A program made the translations under genes and the position numbers. Positions 43,440 through 54,700 of a DNA stretch of 64,000 nucleotides are shown here, in pieces. Under the pieces are notes generated by a model that was not told the DNA's origin, ran no database searches, and saw only the letters and a list, made by a program, of their open reading frames with translations. Location: the NCBI GenBank assembly GCA_965206645.1, contig CBDBKE010000004.1, forward strand, positions 1,888,001 through 1,952,000, in the 5' to 3' direction. Within the stretch, counting starts at the first letter, position 1. The number at the start of each line of letters is the position of its first letter. This DNA is from Terriglobia bacterium (lineage in GTDB: Bacteria > Acidobacteriota > Terriglobia > JAJPHL01 > JAPKYU01).

Positions 43440-46400
43440 GGAAGGACCAGCGGGACGGCGCCCGTCGCAACGCCGGTGGGCACCACCACGTTCACCTGGT
43501 AGAGGCCCACAAAGCCGGGCGCCAGACCCTGATAGGCTATCGCGGCGTCGAGCCCGCCGATGGTCACCGTCACCGGCAGTTGCACGGTGCTGAACGGGGG
43601 CGCGGGGGCTCCCGTCTCCACCTGCTCCTGCACGGCGCCAAGACCGGTGCAGAAGATCTGTATCGTGTCTCCAGCGCGCACCGGGTTCTGCGCCGTCACC
43701 AGCAGGAACGAGGCGTCCAGGATGGCGGCGTTTTCACCCGCAATGAAGATGCCCGGCTGCACCGGAGCAATCCGGTAGTTCTGCGGTGAAGTCAGCAGGT
43801 CACCTACGTTGACGGTGACCCCAACGTCATCGCCGGGGCGGGTCTCAAACGGCACCTGCGCGTTGATCTGCCCCGGGCCGGCGAAATACAGCGGCGCATC
43901 TCGATCGCCGATCCGTACGCTGTCCCCGGCCAGGTCCCGCTCCAGCGGCAGCTGGGTGGCGAAGTTGTTCTCGGTCGCGAAGCGTGCGCCGAACAGGGAG
44001 ATGATGCCACCCGGCGCCAGCGGCCGCCGCGCGGTGAAACCGGCTCCTTCCACCACTCCCTCGGGAAACAGCACCGGCAACTGCACGGCTCCGGGCGCCG
44101 CCGCCGTGGAAACCGTGAAGGAGCGGCGCGCCGTAGCAAACGAGGGATGCAGCGCCACAAACGTCACCGTCACCTCGGCCGCCTCGCTCACCGGCGTCCA
44201 GGTGCCAGTGTAGAAGCCGTCGCCCAGTGACCGCAGCGAGATATTCAACCCTTCGATGCTGGCCAGCACGGTGGCATCGCTAACGACTGTGCCGCAGGTG
44301 TCTACCGTCACCGCCACCAGCACCCTGGGGAAAGACACCGGCAGGCTGAGGCCATTGCCGATGGTGGTGGCCAGCAGCTCCAGCCCCGATGGAGCGCACT
44401 GGGCCGTGCGTGGCGGACCCACCGCCTGCGTCCGGAGCGCCGTGCCCGGCGGCGTCACGATCAGCAACACGCCTACCTGCTGCGGCACGCCTGCGGAGAA
44501 GGTGCCGGTGATGGTGCCCCGGCAAACGCCAGCCGCCAACCGCGCCTGGTTCACCGAAACCTGGGTCGTGAACGGACCCCCCGACGCGGTCCCGCTCGTC
44601 GGGCTCACCATCAGCCAGTCGCCGCCGGAACTGGTCGCAGCCACGAAGTCAGCTGTGAGTGTTCCTCCCCCAGCGTTGCTCACCGTCAGGTCTTGCTCCG
44701 CCAGCAGCGCGCCATCCTGCTCGGCGACGAACAGCATCCCGTTAGGGCCAATGTCCGCCGTTACCGGCGTGTTTGTAGGCACCACGTGCAGCGTCGTCGT
44801 GAACAGTTGCGGATCGTTGCTGGCCCCCGGCGCCGATACCGTCACCAGTACCTGCAAGACCCCGGCCGCCAGCCCCGACGGGTTCGCCGCCAGAGTGATC
44901 GCCGAAGCCTGGGCCGCGCCGACGCCGGCCGTCCCCGACTGCGGGGAAGCCGTCAGCCAAGGAGGCAACTCGGAGAGGGACCAGCTCACCGGCTCAGTCC
45001 CGTTGTTCAACACCCGCAGCGTCTGTGCCGGCGGCGCGAATCCGCCTTCCGCCACCCGGAACAGAAACGCCGTCTGGTCCAACAGTAGCTGGCCGCCCGG
45101 CGAGGTCACGACCGCCTGCACGGGAACCGCAATGGAAAAGCCAGTATCCGTATTGGTGACGCTGACCACCGCCTGGAACACTCCGGCGGCGGCCAGCGCG
45201 GCAAAGTTGACCTCCACGGTGACAGTCGCCGGCTGCTGTAAGGTGGCGCTGCCGGAGGTGGGAGAAACAGTGAGCCAGCCGCTTCCATTCAGCAGCTCCA
45301 CCGTGGCGCTCCAGTTCACCGTGCCGGCGTCGCTGCCAACCTGCAATGCCTGCTGCGCAGGGGGATCACCGACGGCCCCGGAAAAACTTAGCGTCAAGGG
45401 CGATACGGTCAAGGCGGAAACCGGAGCCGTTCCGGCCTGGGTCACCGTGAAGGTCTGCCCGGCAATCGTCATCGTCCCGGTGCGCGAACTGGCGCCGGGA
45501 TTGGCCGCCACCGAGTATTCCACCGTGCCATTGCCACTGCCGCTCTCGCCCGAGGTGATGGTGATCCAACTGTCGTTGCTTGACGCCGTCCACATACACC
45601 CGTCTGGTGCCATCAAGGCCAGGCTGCCAGTTCCCCCACTGGCCGGGAAGGATTCACTGGTCGGGGCAATGGAGAAAGTGCAGCCCACTGCCACGTCGCT
45701 GATCTTGACAATGAAGGCGTCCGAGCTTCCGGCCTTAGTGGCCTGAAAAGGGCTTGCCGTGGGGAAGTTGGTCGAATCGGTGTTGCCGGTCACATAGGCG
45801 CTACCGGAGGTGTCCACAGCGATGGCGTTACCATCATCGTTGCCACTGCCGCCCAGGTAGGTGGAGTAAACCAAAGCGTTGCCTGCGGCATTCAATTTCG
45901 TCACAAAGGCGTCCCGGCCGCCGCCGTGGGCCGGCTGGATTGGATTGGCCGTGGGGAAGTCGGCCGATTCAGTAACGCCAGTCACATAGGCGTTCCCGGC
46001 GGCGTCCACGGCGATGCCTCCGCCAAAACGATTTTCAACGCCGCTGCCTCCCAGGTAAGTGGAATAAACCAGAGCGCTACCGGAGGCATTTAATTTCGTC
46101 ACAAACACGTCGCCGCTGGTGGCGCTACTGGCCTGGAAGGGACTTGCCGTGGGGAAGTCGCCCGACCGCGTCAGGCCCGTCACATAGGCGTTGCCGGAGG
46201 TGTCAACAGCGATGCCTGCGCCCTGATCGAGGCCGTTACCGCCAAGGTAGGTGGAATAAACCAGAGCGCTGCCGGCGGTATTCAATTTCGTCACAAACGC
46301 GTCCACGACACCGAAAGCGAAAGTAGGCTGGAAGGGACTGACCGTGGGGAAGTCGGTCGACTCGGTGTCGCCCGTCACGTAGGCGTTGCCGGCGGCGTCT

Positions 46401-47506
46401 ACGGCGATGCCCTCACCATTGTCGAAGCTACTGCCGCCCAGGTAGGTGGAGTAAACCAGAGCGTTGCCGGCGGTGTTCAATTTCGTCACAAAAGTGTCGT
46501 CGTCGGAGATGTTGCCGGCGAAAGCGGCCTGGAAGGCATTGGCCGTGGGGAAGTCCGTCGATTTCGTAGTGCCCGTCACGTAGGCGTTGCCCGCGGCGTC
46601 TACGGCAATGCCGCGGCCACGGTCCCGGGCGCTACCGCCGAGGTAGGTGGAGTACACCAGTACCGGATCAATGATCAGAGGCTTGCCGGCATCATACGCA
46701 GCCACCTGGAAACCCACCTGGTACCCGCCGTTGAGCACATAAGACCCGGCGATTTCCCGCCGGATGCCATCTACCTCCTGGTAGACCAGAGGCTTGTGCT
46801 GGCGGATTTCCCCGCCAGCGGTCTCAAGCACCAAGTCGCCCTGGGCATCAATCCGGAGCTTCTCCACGCCGTCAAAGCTGAGCGCGATGGCGTCCGGATC
46901 GGCGCCAGGAGCGACAACCAGGTCGTATTCCAGTTGGCGCTGGTTGCCGTAGTAAACCAGGTCCACGCCGGGATAAACGTCCTGATACTGCACCCGGGCA
47001 TAGTTGGGGACGTCCGTGTGCCACTTGTCGGGATCGTTTCCGAGGAAATAGTTGCTCTTGCCGGGCAGTTCCTCCAGCCCGGTCACCCGTGGCGATGGGT
47101 TGGCGCCGACCAGCTTCATACGTAGCACGGCCGTTGGGGCAGCAGGAGCCTGCTCCGCTTCTGCATTGCGCGGCGTCCCATTGTCTCTGCGCGGTCTGTT
47201 GGACGCGACGGGCTTGCGCAAGGCCAACACTGCCTCAGTGGGAGTCAAGAACAGGGTGTAGCCGCTGCCCCGCGACAGGAAGTCCACACGGTTGTCGGTC
47301 TGCCCCTCATTGGCTTCAAAGCTTAGCGGCAGCTTGCCGTAAGCCTCCACGACCTGCAGCTTGTTGGCCGCCGGAGTGTTCGCTGTGGAGGATGGCTTAT
47401 GGACAAGGAGTGGGCCTGTGTCGAACTTCATCAGGCCGATGGCCAGCAGCCCGAGCGGTAGCAGCGCCATTCCCGGTCCTGCACTACGAAGCAAGGTCCT
47501 GCGCAT
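43440..47506 (-). CDS. Large secreted protein: SBBP beta-propeller repeats, BACON-like domains, TIGR03437-like C-terminus (last residues replaced by IS1380)
   Basis: LPLSFEANEGQ, repeated LVYSTYLGGS..GIAVDAAGNAYVTG.T.S.DFPT, WLTVSPTSG, GLAPGFVGLYQVN. Confidence 0.88.
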
Positions 47507-47666
47507 GGCTGTCCCCCTCGGATGTGAAGGACCAAAGATTATCGCCTGCGGGGTCGCATGTCCACTTGCCGAGAAAATGTTCTGCGGCATGGGCCGCATT
47601 TCGCTCGCATCTATTCCTGGAAGCTGGTCCACTGGAAGTTGGCGAGATACCTCCTTCTCATCAGCG

Positions 47667-47715
47667 ATGCCGGATAAGTTCCGCCTTGTATCTCAGTCTA
47701 TGTAGAATCCTCCAG
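47667..47715 (-). repeat. Divergent dif-like site S5 (inverted) at the end of the accessory region
   Basis: Minus-strand CAAGGCGGAACTTATCCGGCAT matches consensus CTAGTCGGGACCTATCCGGCAT at 18/22. Confidence 0.5.
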
Positions 47716-47861
47716 GGTTCTGCTACTCCAGGGCGCTGGGGTAAAGGGAGGCGTGAACCCAGGTCCACTCCGGGATAGACGTCCCCGTACTGCATACCCA
47801 AAAAGTTTCTTAAAGCCAGGAGTGAGGTACTCGTTGTCGGGTGGCCTGATAGAATTTCCCT

Positions 47862-48308
47862 ATGAGCGGTTACACCGAAGAACACGCGCGCGCGGGCATC
47901 CGGACCAAGCTGCCGGCGCTGGAGACCTGGCCCAACCAGTACGGCGGCTACACGATCACCATCGAATACCCGGAGTACACCTCGATCTGCCCCAAGACCG
48001 GCCTGCCGGATTACGCCACGATCACGATCGAATACGCGCCCGCCGAGCGGTGCGTGGAGTTGAAATCGCTGAAGATGTACCTGCTGGCCTACCGGAATCT
48101 GGGCATTTTCTACGAGAACGCGGTGAACCGGATTCTGGCGGATCTGGTGGCAGCCTGCCGGCCAGTTTCGGCCACCGTCATCGGCGAATTCACGGCGCGG
48201 GGCGGCATGCGCAGCACTGTCGTGGCCCGCTGGCCCAGACCGGAAGGTTTAAAGTCCAAGGTCCAAAGCCCAAGGTTCAAGACCCAAGGTTCAAAGCCGA
48301 AGCGGTGA
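47862..48308 (+). CDS. queF: NADPH-dependent 7-cyano-7-deazaguanine (preQ0) reductase
   Basis: PEYTSICPKTGLPDY, ELKSLKMY, GIFYENAVN, FTARGG. Confidence 0.93.
   Translation: MSGYTEEHARAGIRTKLPALETWPNQYGGYTITIEYPEYTSICPKTGLPDYATITIEYAPAERCVELKSLKMYLLAYRNLGIFYENAVNRILADLVAACRPVSATVIGEFTARGGMRSTVVARWPRPEGLKSKVQSPRFKTQGSKPKR
48246..48301 (+). repeat. Eight degenerate 7-bp tandem units (RGTCCAA-like) in the queF 3' end
   Basis: ggtttaa agtccaa ggtccaa agcccaa ggttcaa gacccaa ggttcaa agccgaa. Confidence 0.7.
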
Positions 48309-48355
48309 TACTGGAGAGCGGGCTTAGGAGACGGGCGCAGCGGGACTGGAATCAC

Positions 48356-51300
48356 TCAGGGTCGCGTGTCGAGAGTCGCCTCGGCGAGGATTCTGCCAAC
48401 CACGCCGTTCGAAACCTTGCGCAGAATGAAGCGATAGACGTGCCCGGGCTCGATGAAATCGGCCTGCTGTTCGCCAAAGACGAATCCCGCGAAGAGCACC
48501 TCTTCGCCGCCATCTTCGGTGACGAAAACCTGCGCGGCGCTCGTGTTGGTGGTTGACCAGGTCACCAGGCCCTCGGGAGTCACGCTAATCTCCCCTGCAG
48601 ACAAATCGCGGACGGGCAGGAAAGTTTGGTTGGCCGAAAGCGAGCCGACGAACACTATTACTTGAGCGTCATCGCCGTCCTCAAACAGGTTCGCAGCCAC
48701 CTGCACATTAAACTGCAGCACGCCGACGAAGCCCGGAGCCAGTCCGGCAAACTTGATGGCAGCGTCTTTACGCTGGATCGAGACGCTGGCGATGGTGCTA
48801 ATCAGTGCATCCGCGGGAGAAGCTTCGCCAGTGACTGCCACCGGCAGGTCCGAGATAGTTCGTAGAACGAAACGATACAGACGCCCTGCCTGGTAGAACC
48901 CCGTTTCTTCCCCCTCCGTGCCATCCTCGAACAGGGATTCCTGCTCGCCATCTACGGAAATGTGGACGCGCGCGGCCGTCACGTCGGTGGTGGACCAAGT
49001 CACCGTGCCCTCGGAGTCCACCGAAATGTCCCCGGAGGCTCCGTTGGAAACCGTTACAAATGTATCCAGAGAGGCGCTGGCGAGCAGCTCGCCCTGCAGT
49101 CCCTCGATGAACATCCACAGCGTGAACTGGTAGTGCTGGCCGGGCGTGATGAAGTCTGCTTGCTTGGTGCCGGAGAGGCCCGTGGCGAATGGCTCGGGCG
49201 GCGCGCCGTCCACTGAGACCAGGACGCGGGCGTCCGGGACACCAGCGGCTGACCAGGTAACCAGGCCCTCCGGGGTCACCTCAATCTGCCCGGAACCTCC
49301 GTCCGTGGCTTGCCCGCGCGTGTCCAGCACCGCGATGGCAACGATGTCGCCCACGCCGCCGCCGTCGAACGGCCTGAGGATGAAACGGTAGATGTGCCCG
49401 GGCTCGATGAAGTCGGCTGTTTCCGTACCCTCGGCGCCCTCGGCGAAGAACACTTCCTCGCCCCCATCGGTTGCAACGAACACCTGGGCGCTTTCGCTGA
49501 AGGAAATGGACCAGGTCACCGCCCCGTCGGCGCTTACCCGGAGCTCGCCTCGGTCGCGGGTATCCAGGATGGCAGTAGCTAACGCGTCGCCCGGCAAGCC
49601 CAATACTTGTACGCCAGTGCCATAGAAGACGATTATCCCGCCGGGCACAAGCGGATGCTCGTCGTCCACGGGGGTGAAATCCGGGTGGAAGGCGAGCAGC
49701 CGGCCTATTCCATTTCCGGAAACAGTAAACAAGCCGGTGGTCAGTTGGTTGAGGCCGACGGGCATGGCGTTGGACAGGAGCACTTCTCCTGACTCGGTGC
49801 GCTTGCGGATGACCACGCTGGCGTTTCTGCCCTCTGTCTCCCAAGGGACCTGGAAGTTGATCTGGGTTTGGGAGACAAAGAACAACGGGGCGGGCACGCT
49901 GTTGACCAGCACACTAGTGCCCGCCAATTCACGCGGGAGGGGAATCTGCTCAGCTACGGCCGTCTGTGGGGCCAGGTCGCGCCCAAACAGGGCGGCGATA
50001 TTGCCGGGCGTCACCTCTAGGCGAGGCCCGCCGAAGTTGATGCGGGAAATGTCCGGAAGCAAGCTGCTGATTTCCACTAGAAGTTCGGTGGGCTCACCGT
50101 TCTCGGGTGTTTCGCCTTCCTCGCCTTCCTCGTCTCCCTCGGGCCCGCCGAGCCCTATGGGTTGGAAGTAGACGACCTGTCCGCCGGGCGAGCCGCCAAC
50201 ATAAGCGCGATAGTTGGTCGCACCAGGCACTTCATCGAAGGTCACGATCAGCTTGCTGTTCTCCGGCACCGTCACCATGACCTCTTCGGAGGGTATGCTC
50301 TCGAAAAGGAGGTCGCTGTTTTCCGCGGTCATCTTGATGTAGTAGTCGCCCGCGCCGAGGAACCCGTCGGGCTCGACCTGGACGGTGACGCCGGTGGGGC
50401 GGCCCAGGCCGTTGCCGGAAAAGCTCGCTGCGCTCAAAACCGAACCCTGGTCGAACAGCGGCACTCCCGGCTCGAATTTCACGACGCGTCGGTTAATGCT
50501 GTCCGCTACCAGCACGCCCGACTCGGTGGCCGCCAGCGCGATGGGCAAAGCCAGCACGCCGGCGGTAACCTGATTGGGAAGATCCTGCGGGTCCAAAACA
50601 CTGAAGAAGTCCTTTTGTCCGAGCACCAAATCGGCCGGCGTGCCGTCGCTGGTGGGAATCTGGTTGAAGACCAGGACCCGGTTGTTGCCCGTGTCGGCAA
50701 TGAACAGCCTGGTCCCATCGGTTAAGGCGTAACGCGGGAAATTCAGCGAGGCCGGGCCGGTGCCGGCCGTGTCGGTGGTGAAGTCCGGCTGCCCCACCAC
50801 CACGTCGGCTGGTGCGTTGTTGCTGGTGGGAATTTGATTGTAGATCAGCACGCGGTTGTGTCCCAGGTCGGTGACGATCAGGCGCACTCCGTCGGAGAAT
50901 ACCGCGGTGGGGTCGCGCAGACTGGTGTTGCTGGCCGGCAGATCTTCGGCGGAGTTGAAGTCGGCTTGTCCCAGCACTACGTCGGCTGGGACCCCACTCA
51001 AAGTGGGGACAGCGTTATAGATCAGCACGCGGTGGTTAAACGTGTCCGCCACGAACATTTGCTGCCCGTCTAGGAACACGCCGTTTGGCCCGCGCATGCC
51101 GGTCTCATCGGTATTGGCGGCTGCGCTTTCGAAATCGCTCTGGCCGACGACCACATCGGCGGCGGCCCCGTTGGCCGTGGGGATGTTGTTGAACAACAGC
51201 ACGCGGTTGTTTCCCCAGTCAGCGACGGCTAGGCGCTGGCCGTCGCTGCTGATCCCCACCGGCCGGTTCAGGGAACTCTGGGAAAGCCCCGGGTCCGTCT

Positions 51301-51688
51301 GGCCGAAGTCCGGCTGTCCGATGACAACGCTGGCCGAAGATCCCAGCGTCAGTTGTGAAAGGTTATCGAAGACCAGGATTCGATTGTTGGTGGGCGCGGT
51401 AAACGGCAGGCTGCCATCGCACACAATCAGCCGGTCGCCGGCTACCGCCAGGCCAGTGACCGAGCCGGCCTCAGCGGCGGCAGTGCCGGGAGTGCTCGAG
51501 CTGAAATTCCTCTGGCCGATGACGGCGACGGCAGCTTGACCGGTAACGTAGCGGCTGCTGTCGGCGGTCTCTTGCGCCAGCACGGTCGGGGCCGGCAGAG
51601 CCGACAAGCCGACTACTAAGCCAACCAGGGTAAGTACGCGGGACACTAGACTGACCGTGCTCCTGGAACGAGTCGCAAAAACTACCAA
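48356..51688 (-). CDS. Secreted NHL-repeat protein with TIGR03437-like domain and four copies of an ~80-aa beta repeat
   Basis: Repeated VAD.GNNRVL.FN.IPT....ADVV.GQ.DF; APLFFVSQTQINFQVP; AGLAPGFVGVLQFN. Confidence 0.85.
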   Translation of the reverse strand: MVVFATRSRSTVSLVSRVLTLVGLVVGLSALPAPTVLAQETADSSRYVTGQAAVAVIGQRNFSSSTPGTAAAEAGSVTGLAVAGDRLIVCDGSLPFTAPTNNRILVFDNLSQLTLGSSASVVIGQPDFGQTDPGLSQSSLNRPVGISSDGQRLAVADWGNNRVLLFNNIPTANGAAADVVVGQSDFESAAANTDETGMRGPNGVFLDGQQMFVADTFNHRVLIYNAVPTLSGVPADVVLGQADFNSAEDLPASNTSLRDPTAVFSDGVRLIVTDLGHNRVLIYNQIPTSNNAPADVVVGQPDFTTDTAGTGPASLNFPRYALTDGTRLFIADTGNNRVLVFNQIPTSDGTPADLVLGQKDFFSVLDPQDLPNQVTAGVLALPIALAATESGVLVADSINRRVVKFEPGVPLFDQGSVLSAASFSGNGLGRPTGVTVQVEPDGFLGAGDYYIKMTAENSDLLFESIPSEEVMVTVPENSKLIVTFDEVPGATNYRAYVGGSPGGQVVYFQPIGLGGPEGDEEGEEGETPENGEPTELLVEISSLLPDISRINFGGPRLEVTPGNIAALFGRDLAPQTAVAEQIPLPRELAGTSVLVNSVPAPLFFVSQTQINFQVPWETEGRNASVVIRKRTESGEVLLSNAMPVGLNQLTTGLFTVSGNGIGRLLAFHPDFTPVDDEHPLVPGGIIVFYGTGVQVLGLPGDALATAILDTRDRGELRVSADGAVTWSISFSESAQVFVATDGGEEVFFAEGAEGTETADFIEPGHIYRFILRPFDGGGVGDIVAIAVLDTRGQATDGGSGQIEVTPEGLVTWSAAGVPDARVLVSVDGAPPEPFATGLSGTKQADFITPGQHYQFTLWMFIEGLQGELLASASLDTFVTVSNGASGDISVDSEGTVTWSTTDVTAARVHISVDGEQESLFEDGTEGEETGFYQAGRLYRFVLRTISDLPVAVTGEASPADALISTIASVSIQRKDAAIKFAGLAPGFVGVLQFNVQVAANLFEDGDDAQVIVFVGSLSANQTFLPVRDLSAGEISVTPEGLVTWSTTNTSAAQVFVTEDGGEEVLFAGFVFGEQQADFIEPGHVYRFILRKVSNGVVGRILAEATLDTRP

Positions 51689-51789
51689 GCATTACTATTT
51701 TAACGCGAACCTCTACGATTGCGCAACGATGCTAGAGCGGCCGTCCCGAAAGGCCTCCATGGCAGCATGATAGAATTTCCCATCCACTT

Positions 51790-54700
51790 ATGACGGTTGT
51801 CCTACGCTGGGTCACGTGCTCTGTTCTGGTCCTGTTCCACGTCTTGGCTGGGGGCCCGGCGGCTTTCACTGCAAACGGTAGCGACGCTGCGGGAGAGCGA
51901 GGGTATCGTTGTGGCACCAGCGACTGGGGCGTGCTGAACTCCCTGGGCCGTGAAGCGCTTCGAAAACTGCAACTGCAGCGCCAGGGGCACTTTCAGACCC
52001 TCGCTCGGCAGCAGACGGCTTCCGCCGATGTAGGCGACATCGCAGTCCTCGACGACGATGGCACATTGCTGGTGCAGGCGAATGCGTTTGACCTGGCGAA
52101 CCGCAGCTTGCGTTTCACCCCTACCGGCACCGGCTACCAGATCGCCGCCGGGGACGCAGCGCTGGATACCGCGGCAGCCGCAGCCGGCACGGTGCTCACG
52201 CTGGCCGACGATGATACTCAGGAGATCCCCCTGGGCTTTTCCTTCACCTTCTACGGAAACACTTACACGTCGGTCTTCGTCAACTCGGACGGCAACCTGA
52301 CCTTTACCGGAGGTGACGTGGCGACCACGCCGCGCGACCTGAGCCGTTTCCTGACGGGAGTCCCGCGTATCGCGCCATTCTTTGATGACCTGAATCCGGC
52401 CGAGGGCGGCCAGGTGACCTATAGCGCCGAAGCGGGCCGGTTCGTGATGAGCTGGACCGATGTCCCAGAGTGTTGCCTGCCGGCGATCACGCCCAAGTCC
52501 ACGTTCCAAGTGGCGCTGTTCCCGGACGGCCGCGTGGAGTTTGCTTATGGGACTGTGAGCGCCAACGATGCGGTGGTGGGCATCTCACCGGGAGCCTTCA
52601 CGGGCGCCGCCGAGATCGTGGACCTTTCCGCCACCGACGGCACCGAGACGATTGAGCTGCCAATCGCCGAAGTGTTTTCGTCCCGGACCCTGCTCAGCGA
52701 GGTGGCGGTGGCCAACCGCTTCTATACCACCCACGAAGACGCCTACGACTTCCTGGTCATGTGGACTAACTTCCCCGTGAACCTCGGCCAGAACGTGTTT
52801 GCTTTTGCCCTGAGCATTGTCAACAGCACGTCCGGCATTGGCCGGCCAACTTTTGACTTTGCCGAAGCCCTGGGCAGCGAAGGACGCCTCTCCACCCTGG
52901 TCATGATGGGCGACCTGGACAAGTATCCGGCCGATCCAACGCAGGTAATTCAGAGTGTGCCGCCGAACGACACTCTGAGCGTGCTGGGGCAGGAGGCGGG
53001 GCATCGCTGGCTGGTCCACTTCCGCTACCCTTTCCTCACGGATCCGAGCAGCACCATCCTGTTGGGTCGCGACTTGGCCCACTGGAGCTTCTTCTTTAAT
53101 TCAGAAGCGTCGGTGGTGGAGGGCAACGAAATCCGGGATAATGGCGACGGTACCTTCACGACCACCGATGCTGTCCGCCGCTACGGCTCCTTTGAGCAGT
53201 ATGCGATGGGACTGCTTGCTGCAGGAGAAGTCCCGCCAAGCTTCGTGGTGCCGGATCCGGACCGGCCCGCTTTTGGCCATCGTCCCGAGATTGGGGTCAC
53301 CTTCAGTGGCACGCGGCTGGATGTGACCGTGGAAAAGCTGATCGAGGCCAACGGCAGCCGCCTGCCGACCGCTGTTGTGGATCAGAAGAATTTCAGCTTT
53401 GCTTTCATCCTGATCAACGCCCGAGGCAGCACGGCCACCTCGGAGCAGATCGCCAAGCTGGAGACCCTTCAGCAACAGTGGGAACAGTTCTGGGCCGAAG
53501 CCACCGGCGGGCGGTCGCAGGCCAACACGCGTCTGGTGCGAGCACTTTCTTTCGGCGGGCTGCCAGCCGCTGTCGCGCCCGGAGCGCAGGCCACCGTAAG
53601 CCTACGGACCGGCAGTCCGGCGGATGAGTTGCGGACCTTCACCCTAGCCAGCTCGGCTCCCGGCGTGGCTTCCGTGCCCTCCGCGGTCACGCTTCCGGCA
53701 GGGACCCGCGAGGTCGAGTTCCAGGTGATCGCCGGCGCGTCCGGGGTGGCGCGTATCACTGCCACGGCGCCGGGCTTCGAAACCGCAGAGGGCGCCCTCT
53801 CGGTGGCCGAGCCAGCCGCGGTGGAGTTGACCGCCATTTCCGGCGGCGGGCAGATGGGACCCCAGGGGGCAACCCTGGCAGAACCGATGGTGGTCGAGGC
53901 GCGCGAGCCCAACGCGCTGCCGGTGGCCGGGGCCGAGGTGCGCTTCTCGGCCACGGGCGGCGCCATCGTTGCACCCGCGGAGGTCACCACCGATGCCGGC
54001 GGGCGGGTCCAGACCAGTGTGACGTTAGGGTCCTCGGTGGGAACCCTGACGATCACCGCTTCCTTGGTTGGCCTCGACGAAGCGCGAGCTGCGTTCACCG
54101 CGACCGCTCTCACGCGGCCGCAGGTGCCGGAAGGCTCGGCGGTGAACGGCGCCAGCTTTGCCCATGCACCTGCGCCGGTCAGCCCGGGCTCCATCATCTC
54201 TATCTTCGGCACCAGCCTTGCGCCGGAAACGCAGCAAGCCACCTCGCTGCCGCTGCCCACAATGCTGGGAAACGTCACCGTGCGGATCAATGAGATTGCG
54301 GCGCCCCTGTTTTTTGTCTCGCCGGGACAGGTGAACGCGCAGGTGCCCTTTGCAATTTCCGGAACCAGCGCCACCGTTACGGTGGACAATGGCACCTTGC
54401 CCAGCGCGTCGATTACGCTTGGCATCGCTCCCGCTGTACCGGGCATTTTTACCCTGTCGCAAGACGGCACCGGGCCGGGCGCGGTGTTGCATCCGGACGG
54501 CTCGCTGATCACCGTAACTTCACCCGCTACGGTGAACGGAGTGGTGGCGATCTTTCGCACTGGCCTGGGGAGCGTGACGCCAGCGGTGGAAAGCGGGCAG
54601 CCGGCCCCACTCTTCCCAGCAGCCACTACCTTACCCCCCCCGCAGGTCACCATTGGAGGCGAGCTGGCTGAAGTGGTGTTTTCCGGTTTGGCGCCGGGCT

